A stretch of 61,226 bases of DNA, counting the filler, from Collodictyon triciliatum (lineage: Eukaryota): the NCBI GenBank assembly GCA_043381765.1. It is 5 parts of 4 records of this genome, joined end to end, with 100 filler letters (N's around TTAATTAATTAA, not from the genome) between each part and the next. Parts side by side here need not be neighbours in the genome. Positions count along the whole stretch, not along the records: positions 1 to 14,301 come from JBHJMP010001839.1; positions 14,402 to 28,698 come from JBHJMP010001840.1; 3 more parts are not named here. One strand, given 5' to 3'. How positions within the stretch are numbered: position 1 is the stretch's first letter; every line of letters starts with the position of its first letter. Positions 14,203 through 28,798 of the stretch are shown one piece after another. The notes below the pieces were generated by a model. That model saw only the letters and a program-made list of their open reading frames with translations. It searched no databases and was not told the origin of the DNA. Made by a program: the position numbers and the translations under genes.

Positions 14203-14510
14203 ATTTCTTCATTTCTTCATTTCTTCATTTCTTCATTTCTTCATTTCTTCATTTCTTCATTTCTTCATTTCTTCATTTCTTCATTTCTTCATTTCTCTTT
14301 TNNNNNNNNNNNNNNNNNNNNNNNNNNNNNNNNNNNNNNNNNNNNTTAATTAATTAANNNNNNNNNNNNNNNNNNNNNNNNNNNNNNNNNNNNNNNNNNN
14401 NTTCTTCTTTTTCTTCTTTTTCTTCTTTTTCTTCTTTTTCTTCTTTTTCTTCTTTTTCTTCTTTTTCTTCTTTTTCTTCTTTTTCTTCTTTTCTTCTTTT
14501 CTTCTTTTTC
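14203..14510. repeat. (ATTTCTTC)n and (TTCTTTTTC)n arrays flanking a contig join
   Basis: Visible tandem arrays on both sides of the gap. Confidence 0.9.
14346..14357. other. Artificial six-frame stop linker TTAATTAATTAA inside an N gap (also at 28743-28754, 43207-43218, 53264-53275)
   Basis: Identical 12-mer centred in equal-length N runs four times; an assembly artefact. Confidence 0.97.
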
Positions 14511-14573
14511 ATCTTTCTAAATCATATTGTTCCATTTTTTAAAAAAGAAAAATTGATAATTCATATCTACCAG

Positions 14574-15164
14574 TGCTAGTTTTCTGTCTGGGCTGATTGT
14601 AACAACTGCGATGAATCCATTCGATGTGGTTCGAACACGGCTATATAATCAAAAGGTGGATACTAGTGCGGGCGGCACAGGCCTTCTGTACTCTGGGCCA
14701 ATTCAGTGTATGTCGAAGGTAATGGTTTCATTCATTCGTTTTTTTTTTTTCACTCGTCATTAATTCCTACCATATACTTGATTACCTCCCTTATCCATGT
14801 AATAAAATATGAAAGTTTTATGCATAAACCATTCAAACGATTCTTTCCAGACTATTAAAAGTGAAGGATTCATGGCCTTGTACAAAGGATGGGTTGGTTT
14901 TTTTGTTTGTTTGTTTGTTTGTTTGTTTATAAACCAATAATAGTCAATTCAAATAATTAAATAAGCTCCATGTAAAAACTATGTAGCCATCAGCACGGAT
15001 TCGAAGATTTATGATATAACTAGTCGTTATTTGGAACATTCTCAAATAAATATTTTTTTACACATAAATCTTTACAGATGGCTCATTATCTGCGTCTCGG
15101 ACCACATACCGTTTTGATGTTTGTCTTTTGGGAAGTTTTCACAAAGATGTTTTCTAAGTTCTAG
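14574..15164 (+). CDS. Mitochondrial carrier (SLC25), OAC1/SLC25A34/35-like; last three exons
   Basis: MNPFDVVRTRLYNQ carrier signature, EGFMALYKG|WMAHYLRLGPHT, stop TAG at 15162-15164. Confidence 0.88.
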
Positions 15165-15650
15165 GACGTCATTTCTCCAACACAGATTTATAAACATATA
15201 CGCTGCATTCTATCCACTGACACATCACTCCAACACTTGGAAAAAAGAGGGAAACTATCATTATCGTACCTCAAAACTTTTATAAAAATAATATAGGAAA
15301 ACGTTATCAAAAAATGTTTTGACATTTGTGCTGGGGTTTATGAACCATCATATTGAAGAAATGTTTGATTCATAACAGCACAAAGAGTATATTTTTTTCG
15401 TCGAAAAAAAAAGAGAAATAATAATTGCATTTTTTTTACAAGGTTGCAATAACCACTACTGCCCCTCGCGTCGTGGGAACGATGTTGATGGAATTATTTA
15501 GACTCTTTTCTAAGAGCATACATGAAATATAATTGAATATATTCCCATCAAAATACTTGTATAATGAAAAAAATAGTGAATGATTACTGAACGCAGAAAA
15601 ATAACGAAGGAGTAAAAAGCTTTTATTTTGATTTTATACTTTGAGACGAG

Positions 15651-17060
15651 TCATGAGTAGAAAACTACTATTCGTACATGCATATGGATAACGCAAAATA
15701 CTGTCCAAAAAAAGAGGAGGGAGAGCCTCATGGGTTGCCACTCCCGGGAGCTTTGTAGCACAATATGTCCTTTGCGAATGCCATAGGTGAGAGATGAAAT
15801 ATCGGCTATAAACTCGCATGTCAACTGAACAATAATTTGAGAAACACATTCAGTTAGTGAGCTGAGTGGCTGGAGGAGTGAATTTGCGGTGAGAGGGTGG
15901 ACAAGGTACATAAGAGATGGGGCAAATATAATAGCATATATCTCTGAGACGATATCATCGTACACATATCGAGCTTTGAACGAAATCAGGTCATTCACAT
16001 AGTCATCTTCCTGAAACTGTTCACACGCCATTTCATTCGCCTGAATACCTGGATTTTGAATTTGGTCAAAAGGCTCCACTGGAATTGGTCTCCCACGAGC
16101 CAGGAAGCTTGTGACCTTCTTCCACACGAGCATACCTTTCTGGTCGAGTCGATATGAAGCCCTGATTCGATATACAAATGTGATGGTGTAGATGAACTCG
16201 ATGAAAGCAGCAGCCAGATTGACTGCGATGAACTGCATAGAGAAAGCACGGTCTGTGGTAATATTGGTAATCAAGACACGACCGATGAAGTGGATAAAGT
16301 GGTTGCATACTTTGTTGATTGTAAGCCTTCGATTCATAAAGTCTGCCTCTCTAGAGAGATTTCGCAAGACTCTAACTTGAATCCACTTTGAGAGGAGGAA
16401 ACAAAAAGGAAAAGCAATAAATCGAAAGATGACTCGTTCTAGAAATCCTGCTTTCAAGTATGCTGTGAGGATATTGTAAAATAGAAATACTATTAAAAGA
16501 AAAAAAGCGACTACACCCTTGTATAAGGCCCAAACAGATCCGTCTTTTGTTAGCCTTTGCAATTCATATTCGTTTTGAGCCAGCGCGCTGGTGGACTCTG
16601 GCTCATTGGTTCGATAGATGAATACCATACCCAATCCTAAAAAAAACAGATTCGACGCGAATCGAATATTTCCAAGTAAATTAGAGTCTATCTGAGATGT
16701 TAACAGCAGCAGAGTGTCGACCAGATATCCAGGAATCAATGCCATAGTTATTGCCGATCGAAGGAAGCGGATACTGAATATTTCCACAGCTACAAGGGTA
16801 ATGGAAGTCCAGAATGTAGTCGTCAAGAGGACGTTACGCAGTCCCTCGTATATGAAAGGCTCGATCACCTCGAGTAGCTCTGGACTTAGTATAAGGGCCG
16901 GCAGATAATAGAGCCACATAAATAAAGCATTCGTAACTAGAGCAAGCAGAACGCAGGACATGGTTCTGGCCCAGAGCAGAGTCGCAACCTTTAATGCACC
17001 GGCCAAGGTATGTTGACTGGAGTCCATATAGTTCGGCCCGTGTTGGATGTCTTTATTCAT
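15651..17060 (-). CDS. Intronless multipass membrane protein of unknown function (469 aa)
   Basis: 1.4-kb uninterrupted ORF with many hydrophobic helices; no motif recognised. Confidence 0.75.
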   Translation of the reverse strand: MNKDIQHGPNYMDSSQHTLAGALKVATLLWARTMSCVLLALVTNALFMWLYYLPALILSPELLEVIEPFIYEGLRNVLLTTTFWTSITLVAVEIFSIRFLRSAITMALIPGYLVDTLLLLTSQIDSNLLGNIRFASNLFFLGLGMVFIYRTNEPESTSALAQNEYELQRLTKDGSVWALYKGVVAFFLLIVFLFYNILTAYLKAGFLERVIFRFIAFPFCFLLSKWIQVRVLRNLSREADFMNRRLTINKVCNHFIHFIGRVLITNITTDRAFSMQFIAVNLAAAFIEFIYTITFVYRIRASYRLDQKGMLVWKKVTSFLARGRPIPVEPFDQIQNPGIQANEMACEQFQEDDYVNDLISFKARYVYDDIVSEIYAIIFAPSLMYLVHPLTANSLLQPLSSLTECVSQIIVQLTCEFIADISSLTYGIRKGHIVLQSSREWQPMRLSLLFFWTVFCVIHMHVRIVVFYS

Positions 17061-17313
17061 CGAGTTTCCCTCTGACTGTCGAGTGGTTTAATAAAAACTT
17101 TTCTTTCTTCCTTCCTGTTTGAAAAGAGTAGAAAAAATGAAAAATTGAATCCAAAGAAAGCAAAGAAAGCAAAGAAAGCAAAGAAAGCAATCAAAGCAAC
17201 CAAGCAACAAAGGAAATCAAGGCAATCAAAGTATGAAAAAATAATTAAAAACGAATAGTTGATTTGGTCATATGTTCGGGAGGATGGCAAACTGCCAAAA
17301 AGAAATATTTTTG

Positions 17314-20300
17314 TCATTGTTGACGTTTCATTCCAAATCCGCTGAGCTTCATCTGGAATTTTTCCGTGATTTTTTGGACATGCCGTGGTTTGTGATATTT
17401 CGTGACACTGTCTCGCAGAAGCTTTGATTATGTATATATGTGCGAGCAAACAAGGCGATGCATTTATTTTTTTTATCCTTTATTCGATTCAAAGCGCAGC
17501 GAGGTTGTGACATACAAAGAGGTGCGTGAAATACGCATGGTAGAGAGCATACACGATAAGGAGAAGACTACTGCGGAAAGGCTGGCACTGGAAAGAAATC
17601 AGTGATAGCTAGTTGGTCAGGCGGGCGGCTCAACTGGTTGATTGGTTGCTTAGGTAGCAGGGGTTGGATATGTTATGGGAGATGTCTTGCGATACATTCC
17701 CACATCTATCTTCGCTTGAAGTCATATTGAGCGGAGAATGTAGTGCGTGTTTCAGCACGCTGTTCAGGGCGCTGTATTGCATGAGGCTTTCCAGCCTGGT
17801 TACATTGTTTTCTCCTATGGTTAAGGCACTGGAACGAGAGATAAACATAAACATCTTAAAAGAACAATTAAATCACAAGAATTTTGAATTCTACGTGACG
17901 TCTTGTTTTTGTGGGTCTTTTATTTATTTATTTATTATTGGATTCGGACTACTTTCTTGAAATACTTACGAAAAATAAGAGAATACAAAACACCAAACAG
18001 CCATATGTCGCACGAGTCATGGTTTGCAATTCCTGTTTTGCTTCTTTCAAGTCTTCAGCAAGACGGAAAACTTCCTCAGTGATTTTTTGACGGAGTGTCC
18101 CAATCTCATCATCAGTTACTTGTTTCAAAGTGGACATCTCTTTTTTGTACTCTTCTTTTAACATTTCCTGTATTTAGAAACATTATTTCCTGCACTTTAT
18201 TGCAAGAAGAAAAGAAAAGAAAAGAAAAGAAAAGAAAAGAAAAGAAAAGAAAAGAAAAGAAAAGAAAAGAAAAGAAAAGAAAAGAAAAGAAAAGAAAAGA
18301 AAAGAGAAGAGAAGAGAAGAGAAGAGAAGAGAAGAGAGCAGAGAAAATAGTAAATGGGAATAGTGCATCGTTGAAGGCGTTATGAGTATTGCATTTAATA
18401 TAAATTTGATGTACAAAGGGATAATATTACATGGTTTTCCTCCATTCTCTGAATTCTCGATTTTGCATCAATTAAGTTGTGTGTTATTGTGTTAATGCCT
18501 TCAACAGCTTCTGTTAGGCTTGATTGATGCTTTTTTATTATATGGCTTATTGCTACTTGTTTGTTTTCGATTCTTTTTCCTGTCCAAAAGTTAAAATGTA
18601 AAAGAATCACCGATTACACAATCATGCACAATTATATAGCAATATGCAAACAAAACAAAACAAAAAGGAGTGAAATTTCATGAATGGAAAAATATGGATA
18701 CTCCTAAATTTCAACAAGTGAGATTTAAAAACTTAGATATGAGTGATTTTTTTTTTCACCGCATACGTGCATCACAATCCAATCCATGATATAAAACATA
18801 TAACTAGGTTACCACTATTGCCTACCTTGGTCCGCAAGAGTTTTCAAAACATTGAGGCTTCCATGGGAATCGTTCTCGCCTGTGTGTGCTGGAATTACAG
18901 AGTCTTTATTATTCAATTTGATGCACTACTAATTTTACATTGAAGTTATTGAAATATTTTTTTTTCACTAACAATCAATCAACAAATAATCTATAATACC
19001 TGAAGCAGCATGTTCATCGTGGACGTGTTTATGATGGAGCTCACTCAACTCATGCAGGCTTTCGAGCTCTCTTAAGCTTTTATCCTGATTATTACCAATT
19101 AGACCTCACAATTCATTAAAATAACTCTAATGGAAGAAAATAAGCATGTCAGGCGCACTATGCATATGTTAAGGGTCATAAAGGCATTTCCTACCTGAAT
19201 TTTCAGTGTTGGTAGTGGCGTATCTTCGGTTGTGTTATGAATTTTTGTATCGGTTGGTGCCTGAATTGAGGAAAAAATATGAATCAATTAGAAATAGGAT
19301 GATAAGCACGTGTTATTCGCTAAATTATAATATATATCTTGGATGGAAGAGAAAAAATATATAACGAAACGATACATGAATAATTCCTTCTGTCTGCTCA
19401 TCATTCCATGTGGGTTTTGGTTGGTGCGGGTGTATTTCTTAAATGATTTCAATTTTATAATAAATTAATATTCAACTAGAGAACAAGGATTGCGGAAATA
19501 TTGAGAGACTCTGCAAGCAAACCTTTTTTCAATTCTTCAATCATGGAGGACCCGTAAGCTCGAATGATAGTTATGGGGCAATAGTATTCGTCTCCATAAT
19601 GTGTCATGAATCGAAATTTCATGTATCTAAAAAGGAATTCGGTTGATTTATAAAACTAAAATAAAACACAATTTTATAGGTTTCGTTTCATGTCTATATC
19701 AACAATATACCCCCCTTTTTTTAAAATAAATAAATAAATAAATAAAAGGGCGCAAAGTACCTCACCCAGTATGCCTTTTCGAATATGTAGAGACTATCTG
19801 AGCGTGAGTTATTGGCCCTGAATGTTCCAAGAAGAGTCCAATTGGTCGTTGGATAACTGGAATAGTATGTTCATTTGCATCGTTTATAAAACCACACTTT
19901 ACATGCGAATTGACTGACGACATGGATACTAGTCTAAATAAAGTACTATATGTTCTATTTTTCGCCAGCTTGGTTTTTGGTTACACAATACAACAGCAGC
20001 TTTGTGTAATGAAATTTATGCATAAAAAATATTACTTTACAACTCATGGCTGGAAAACGCATCGATGATATACTCACGTTGTACTGCCCAGTACCATAAA
20101 GTCTTTTGGATTAGACGAGAAATACTCATAATTTCCCATCTCAACCCCCCTCAGTAGAATTTCTTCGCATAGCTCAACAACGATCCACTTTTTGACAGAA
20201 CACGGGTTCCGCATATATCGACTTAAATCCTCCATGATAGTGGAGCGTGCGCTCTATAGAGCTTATCATGTGAGAGAGATAAATACGATTCGATTCGATT

Positions 20301-21412
20301 CTTTTCTTTCTTTCTTTTTAATTTGTCTTATCCATAACTGTGAATTTCTTAAAAACAATATAAATTTAGAAATATTGTTCTGTTGTGACATAATTTTCGA
20401 TTAATATATGTCATCGATGAATCTGTTGATATTTAAATAGAATCAAGGACCTTGGCCTCTGGATTGGCACGCATAACAGTAGCTCCACAGTCAAAGGAAG
20501 CATAGTTAAACGCTGTGTCAAAATGAAACTCGTATCTGTCTTGAATGACTTATTTATTTAGATTGGTTAAAATAAAAGTGCAAGGCATGTCTTTCTTTTT
20601 TATTTATCTAGAAAAAATAGAAAAAATAATCACGCAATATAATAGTTAAGTCTATGAAAAGATTGAGCATCAGAAAATGACAATCAATCGCTAAGTTTAG
20701 AGGGAAACCACTTACCGTTGTGCGTTTTAATCCCACTGTCTGTTTTCTCAGTCGATTCTTTTTGATCTTTCCTTGTAGAATTAACCACTACATTTTGCAA
20801 TCCATGCTCATCATCTCCATTCTTTGTTTCTTGAACCTCGCTCTCATCGACTGCAAAGCTGTACCCTGAGACGTTTTCAGTTTCCTCTTTGACGAGCATA
20901 TCCGTCTCGTTCACAGAAAACATCGAGCCATCGCCTCCTCCCAAAGGACCTGTTTGGTCTCCAACAAGTGAGGAAATCACCTCCAAATCGCGTTCTATAT
21001 CACCCAAGCCAAACTCAACACCCAAGGCCGATTCATCTCTGCCATCCACCGCACCATCATCCCGGACGCTTCGGAGAGCCTCATCCAATGCCACACTTTC
21101 CAAATCATTCTTTTCAATAACCAAAACATGCAGTGTATCGCAACCTGCATCCTCGTTTGCAGCTTCCCGGAGACACGTTTCCTTGCTGCCTTCATTGTCG
21201 AGTCCTGATGTTTCATCCGCAACCGAAATCACGTTGCGTTCGTTTCCAGAGTCACAGAGAACCCGCAAAGGAGTATACGAGGCAGCCAAAACCCCCAGCA
21301 GGAAAAGTGTCTTCCATATCCCTGATCCTCGCTGGCGCGCACTTGGCTGGTGAGTCTGCTTCCTGGGCATTGTGCGCTCGCAGAAGCTGCTTTCCTGCGC
21401 GTCAAGATCCAT
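17314..21412 (-). CDS. Mid-SUN domain protein (SLP1/SUCO/plant SUN3-5-like)
   Basis: N-terminal TM. Spliced SUN domain FNYASFDCGATVMRANPEAK, YMRNPCSVKKWIVVELCEE, NYEYFSSNPKDF, THYGDEYYCPITIIRAYG. Then coiled-coil and C-terminal TM. The last exon (to 17314) is inferred. Confidence 0.85.
17466..17838 (-). mobile_element. 5'-truncated LINE 3' fragment, same family as 42860-44164
   Basis: Reverse complement aligns by eye with ~43795-44164 (RLESL.Q, CAACCAATCAACCAGTTG, GCTATCACTGATTTCTTTCCAGTG) and ends CTTTGAATCGAATAAAGG-A tract. Confidence 0.88.
18208..18338. repeat. (AAAAG)n/(AGAAG)n microsatellite, intronic
   Basis: Visible tandem array. Confidence 0.95.
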
Positions 21413-21784
21413 TATGCTCGGCCGGGATCGTTACAAAGATCGACTTCTCCAGAGAATCAGAGGCATTAATCAAAGTACATATACTGCAACAATACATATT
21501 CTGGGGAAGGGCGAACGAGTCAGAGATTGTCTCTTGGTTGTCGCATAGGACGTTTTCTTGTTTCCTGCTCCCTTCCTTCCGCGCTTTTCGTCATTCACGG
21601 AGCTGACTGCTATCTCGTTAATCATACCAAATAAGAACAATCCGCATCAGGCATGTGCAACCAGGGTTCCCGTCACAATGACTCGCAACCCGAAAAACCT
21701 TCGCTGTTCTCGTGTGCTTGTGTGCAAAGCGGGGTTTCATTTCCTTTTATCCAATTGAGATGAAGATTCACGGCAGGTTTTCTT

Positions 21785-23729
<1,945 letters not shown>

Positions 23730-24028
23730 CGGAGTATTCTTTGCTACAGTTGATTACAAGGTTGATGCTTAGTTCGGCAAGAAACAAGGCACACGAGAAA
23801 AGGGGAGAAATGTCCAAAGTTCCGAAAGGTCGCTGTTCTCTCTTCACGACTCCGAGCGGCTGTGGAGTTCTTCTTTCAACAAGGCCGGGTATATGTGGGT
23901 CTCGTGTCTGTATTTCTTTGGGCGGAAGCGAGCAAAAGGCGTTTTCGCGTCCAAGAACACAACTCGCCGCCGTCTAAATGATTCTGATGCCATTGTGATT
24001 ATTTTGTGTGATTAATTTGCGGCCGGTT

Positions 24029-24038
24029 GTGACGTCAC
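24029..24038. promoter_or_regulatory. CRE/ATF-type palindrome GTGACGTCAC
   Basis: Perfect 10-bp palindrome about 300 bp upstream of the ETFA ATG; function is inferred only. Confidence 0.3.
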
Positions 24039-25203
24039 TATTGTAATCGTGCCTAATGTTCATGGAATACATCCAGTTATGTTATGCTGTGAATAACGCA
24101 ACGCCCAATGCTGAAGATACATATATTTCCTACTCAATTCATATACGGACGCTTGATTTCATATGTATATTATCGATTTAAAAGCATTTGAAAGAAAATA
24201 AATTATAATTGTTTAAATTCCAAAAATGTTATGATTACTTGAAACAACTTTGATCTGATTTCTCAGCGCGCGCTTTTTTTTTTGATTGAGCCAGCATGGT
24301 GTTTATGAGCGGGCGAACAGAGAGTCCGTGCGAGCTCGAAAGGGGACTTGAGGATTGAGAGTAAATCTTCAACGATGAAAGACATAAAAAAACATGGTGT
24401 TCGACAAGGCGGGGCTAGGATGAGGTGTAGGACATGGGCGTGAAGTTGAAGGTGGCCGAGCCGACATGATCCTTTGAAGGGAACGAAGACTCGTTGGACT
24501 TGCGCTTGCCAGGCAAAAGGTGGCCGTTGTCCGCCACGATGTAGTTTGGTGTGCCGTCGGCTTTGGTTGCGCGGGTTGCCTTACCAGTTGAGGCCTGTGT
24601 TTACGAAGCAAAAAAAGTTGCATTGAGCAGACGCATGGTTTACGGTTCAAATCGGCAATAGGATTATTTTTAAAACCTTGCTGTTCTCTGCTGTGCTCTT
24701 TTTCATATCAGGGCTCGTTGATGACATTCTGGGTGTAGTTCACTCGCTCTGCAGTATGAGAGTTGTCTGTCAGTCAGAAGACGCATGAATTTCGGAGGTA
24801 TTGGCGTTGTAGGTGATACGACAGGAAAGTGTCACAGCAATTCGACACGGTTTAAAGATCACTGAAGACAGCCATCGTCCTTGTGAAATAGTTATCCAGC
24901 GCAGAATTTTCTAGAAGTTGTCGATGCTATATGTGGAAACCGTTCGACGATATACGCTTCTGGATAAATCCAGATACCATATATTTTACATGATATATAA
25001 TATTTCCAGAAATGCAGAATATACAACGCCACACGTATTTCCGCGAATCGGTTGGAAACTTTGTTGTTAGATCACATCGAACCGATCTAATCTGCCTCAC
25101 AGGCGTGGTTTTTCTTCAAGAGAAAGGTACATACGACAAAGACTGCTGAACATTTTCCAAAACTCTCGGTCCCTCAAGGCATCTTGGGCCATCAGAGCCT
25201 TTT

Positions 25204-25880
25204 GTGCCAGGGACAGGGATACATATAAATTTACTACGAAAACAAACAAATAAACCGAACCAAAAAAAAACGAAAAACCACGAGAATGCAACAAAACTGA
25301 CATCGTCTTTATTTTACCACCAGCAGTACAACGCGTACCCAGACAGCCGAATCGAACGCACTCAAAGTGTGGAGGGCAAGAGTAATCTGAAAGCTCCAAG
25401 TCAGCGACAAAAAACTTCACTTTATTCTTGTGAGGGCGAATGGACTGGCATGACTTCCCAAATCCCACACAGGATCACAAATCACACGGCGCCAAAAGAC
25501 GAGTCCAGGCTGCAAGGGCAAATGAACTCGAAGAAGACAAACCACTCAGATCCAAAAAGAAGACATATTCTTCAAAGTGGCCGTTCCAGATTTCCCAGAG
25601 CCAACACATAGATTATCACGATCTGCAACCTTCATCACAATCGAGCGAGCCGGAATCGATCACGCAAATAGAGGGACACACGGAAAAGATAGCCAAGGGC
25701 CATGCCTTTGATGATGCCGATGCAGTTCAGAGCCCGCCTGCAATTTCGCCCAATACTGAAATCTCAGAAGGGAACACTCCACAAAAGAGCAAAGGTGCAC
25801 GCATAGGTCGGGAGTTGAATGAAAAAGAGTCGCATCCGAGACGGAAACGGTTCTGCTCGTACATGTATGACATGGAGTAA
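25204..25880 (+). CDS. Putative low-complexity coding exon(s) of an unidentified gene
   Basis: Two overlapping hydrophilic ORFs, with a GTAAGT donor at ~25877; no recognisable domain. Confidence 0.3.
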
Positions 25881-26329
25881 GTCTCTTTCTCTCTTCTCAG
25901 TTTCAAAACATGATTCTTTTATGGAGAAGATGTTCCGCAATTGATTTTAGATCAGGCGTTTGGTATGCTATTCGAATGAAGATAACTAGTCTCTTTGAAA
26001 TAATGCACGGGGCAACCTTAAACCGGCTTCTATTTTAATCAAGTTTTGATGATTATAGTTTTCGTGAGGAAGACGATGCATACGAGATAGTCTTTATGAT
26101 TGAACAGATTGGAGTTACACATATTAATCAATCGAAGAGTATGCCATACATTTCTTGATCGTTTAATTCCCTCCATATCTTTTTCTTTAATTTAGCTGCC
26201 CATCATTCTACATGCTGATGGGTGTTACGAATAAATTTCACCGCAATAGTGATATATCTAACATATAGAGAATGAAATGGCTAAATCCGCATATCATCGT
26301 TAGCCACCATTTATGAATCTTTTGCTTTT

Positions 26330-26379
26330 TACAACATCCCCACGGTCCTGCACAAAAGTTGAAAGGAAGAATAAAAAAA
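26330..26379 (+). mobile_element. Short poly(A) retroposon tail, family B, with 17-bp TSD
   Basis: CGGTCCTGCACAAAAGTTGAAAGGAAGAATAAAA flanked by ATGAATCTTTTGCTTTT at 26313-26329 and 26380-26396. Confidence 0.88.
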
Positions 26380-27007
26380 ATGAATCTTTTGCTTTTGGTT
26401 TCGCTGTTTTTAAATTGTGTTTTTTCCCCATTTTCTCTTTGAATAATTCACCTTATATCAGTAATTGAAAGTTCGGTCCATCAGCTGACACCACCACATG
26501 TTATCGAGTTTTTGGATTTGTGGAACCCCTGGAAAGTCGATAATGTTAATTCCTTATCTCTTTCTTCCTCCATCTTGCGGCATTAAATTCGCAAGAAAAT
26601 AATGAAATTACTTGAAGACATCAATGGTAATAGGATATTCAAATTTCGACTGACTTTTAAATTTCTTTTTATTATGGCGCTTTAAGTTTATTATATGTAA
26701 GTCTGTCTGGTTGCCAAAATAAAGTACCACTAATACATAAAAAAGTAGGTGGAAGATAACTGGATCACAGGCGAATGGATGACTTATGGTAGGGATAAAT
26801 AAGAGAGCTGTAATAATATGCATTTCAACCACACCGGATTGTATCGCTTCTTTCGTGATGAATTCATCATTCATATGCATTCTCTAATCATTCCGGATAC
26901 GAATCACCTGAGCAGGAAAATTCTCTTGCAATGGCGGATATAAGTACATATAAATCGAAATAAGCACATCCATGCATGATTTTTCACCAAAAAATTACCT
27001 ATGGCGA

Positions 27008-27110
27008 AAACAAACAAACAAACAAACAAACAAACAAACAAACAAACAAACAAACAAACAAACAAACAAACAAACAAACAAACAAACAAACAAACAAACA
27101 AACAAACAAA
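27008..27110. repeat. (AAAC)n microsatellite
   Basis: Visible tandem array. Confidence 0.95.
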
Positions 27111-27385
27111 AGTAACAATCACTTCAGAATATTTCCCAATTTGTAACTATGCCAAGAATAGAATGAATAATATTCACAGCTTGTTTTTAAGTCGAATATA
27201 TGAAAATAAATATTGCGGCAGTTTAATGACCGAATCCATTGACACTATTGTCGGAACAGCAAGGCCGATAGCCATATAACTATCATTTTAGGACTTCATG
27301 TGTTATGACAGAGGGGGTTCACACCATGCATTTTTCATACGGATTCCCTTTCACATATTTATTATAATTAAGAGTGTGTGCAGGA

Positions 27386-27433
27386 CTTTGTAAGGCATAA
27401 CCTCGCTGCACTTTGAATCGAATAAAGGAAAAA
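27386..27433 (+). mobile_element. LINE 3' tail, family A, with 16-bp TSD
   Basis: CTTTGTAAGGCATAACCTCGCTGCACTTTGAATCGAATAAAGG(A)n matches the LINE end near 44115-44164. TSD AAGAGTGTGTGCAGGA at 27370-27385 and 27434-27449. Confidence 0.92.
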
Positions 27434-28798
27434 AAGAGTGTGTGCAGGAATCAGCATGCATTGTTGACTTCGTATCAAAGCCCGCCAAAGAGTCTTATCA
27501 CCATGTCGCCTCAACCAATTCAACATTGCAGATTTTCAACATCTTGCTAAATTTACTTGTTAATGACGTTTATTTCGCTTTTATTTTACCAGCATCTCCA
27601 ATTTTCAACAGAAGCCATTCCCAAATAAAGATATGATGATGCTACTTTTTGAAGGATTTGATTGATACAAACCACCCGCTGCTGTAGCCTTGTTGGTACC
27701 AAGCGAGTCCCTTCGGGACACTGTAAAATCTTCATCACCGAACCGCCGCTTACTGCGCAAAAAAACCACTCTACCAGTCTGGAATATTGATTAGCGGTAT
27801 ACTTTATCATTTTCATTACGGCATAATATTCATGCCACCACTTCGAAACCTTCACAGTACTCATCTGCAGGCTTGTATCTTACACCTTGCGACAACGAGT
27901 TCAACAGAACACTAACGAGCGGCGAACAAAGCAAGCAAACCGCAGATTCATGGCACTCACTCCACCCTTGTATGTCTCCACATATAGACTTTCCCACTGA
28001 ATTTCCGGCATCCTTTTTCCCATTCGGAAAATTCCCACAATCTCCCCAAAAAAAGGCAGAAAACCAAAGAATCGAACAGATCAAAGACAAATCAGAAGCA
28101 GAATCAAATCCAACACCCATCTGTGCGGCAGGAAAGCAACAAGAAAACCTCCCAAAATCACATCAAAGGCAACTCGCAAGTAATGTGCAGCGGTATTCAT
28201 CACACAATGATGGGCCGGTGATATTCTTATTCTTCTTTTTGTTGTTCAACAATTGGATCACCTGGTTGTGTATTTGCAAAACGAAGAGGACGATTAGTTG
28301 CGGTCGAATTTCTTCAAGTCCCCTCGTTAACGTCTCCTGTCAACATAAACCAGCCCTTTTTTTTTTTTTTTTTTAATTTTTTCCAACTAGGATTCCGATG
28401 TTAGAAAATAATTTTTTTTTTAGTTGTTCTCTTTCAATATATCACCTCCCTCTCAAAAGAGTAAATAAAATAATTGGAAAAACAAAGACAATAAAAAAGA
28501 ATTGGAAATGCTGTGCCTCGTTAGGGGCATGTGTGTTGTCTCCCTTTCCCTCCGTGTTAGCTTTCTCTCTCTTTCTCGCTTTTTCTTTTTCCTGTTGCTG
28601 TTGTTTCTGTTGTTTGTTTGTTTGTTTGTTTGTTTGTTTGTTTGTTTGTTTGTTTGTTTGTTTGTTTGTTTGTTTGTTTGTTTGTTTGTTTGTTTGTTNN
28701 NNNNNNNNNNNNNNNNNNNNNNNNNNNNNNNNNNNNNNNNNNTTAATTAATTAANNNNNNNNNNNNNNNNNNNNNNNNNNNNNNNNNNNNNNNNNNNN

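Noticed and set aside
14346-14357. Recurrent palindrome TTAATTAATTAA (four copies)
   Set aside because: Always centred in N runs; it is an artificial six-frame stop linker. Adjacency across these joins is therefore not guaranteed.
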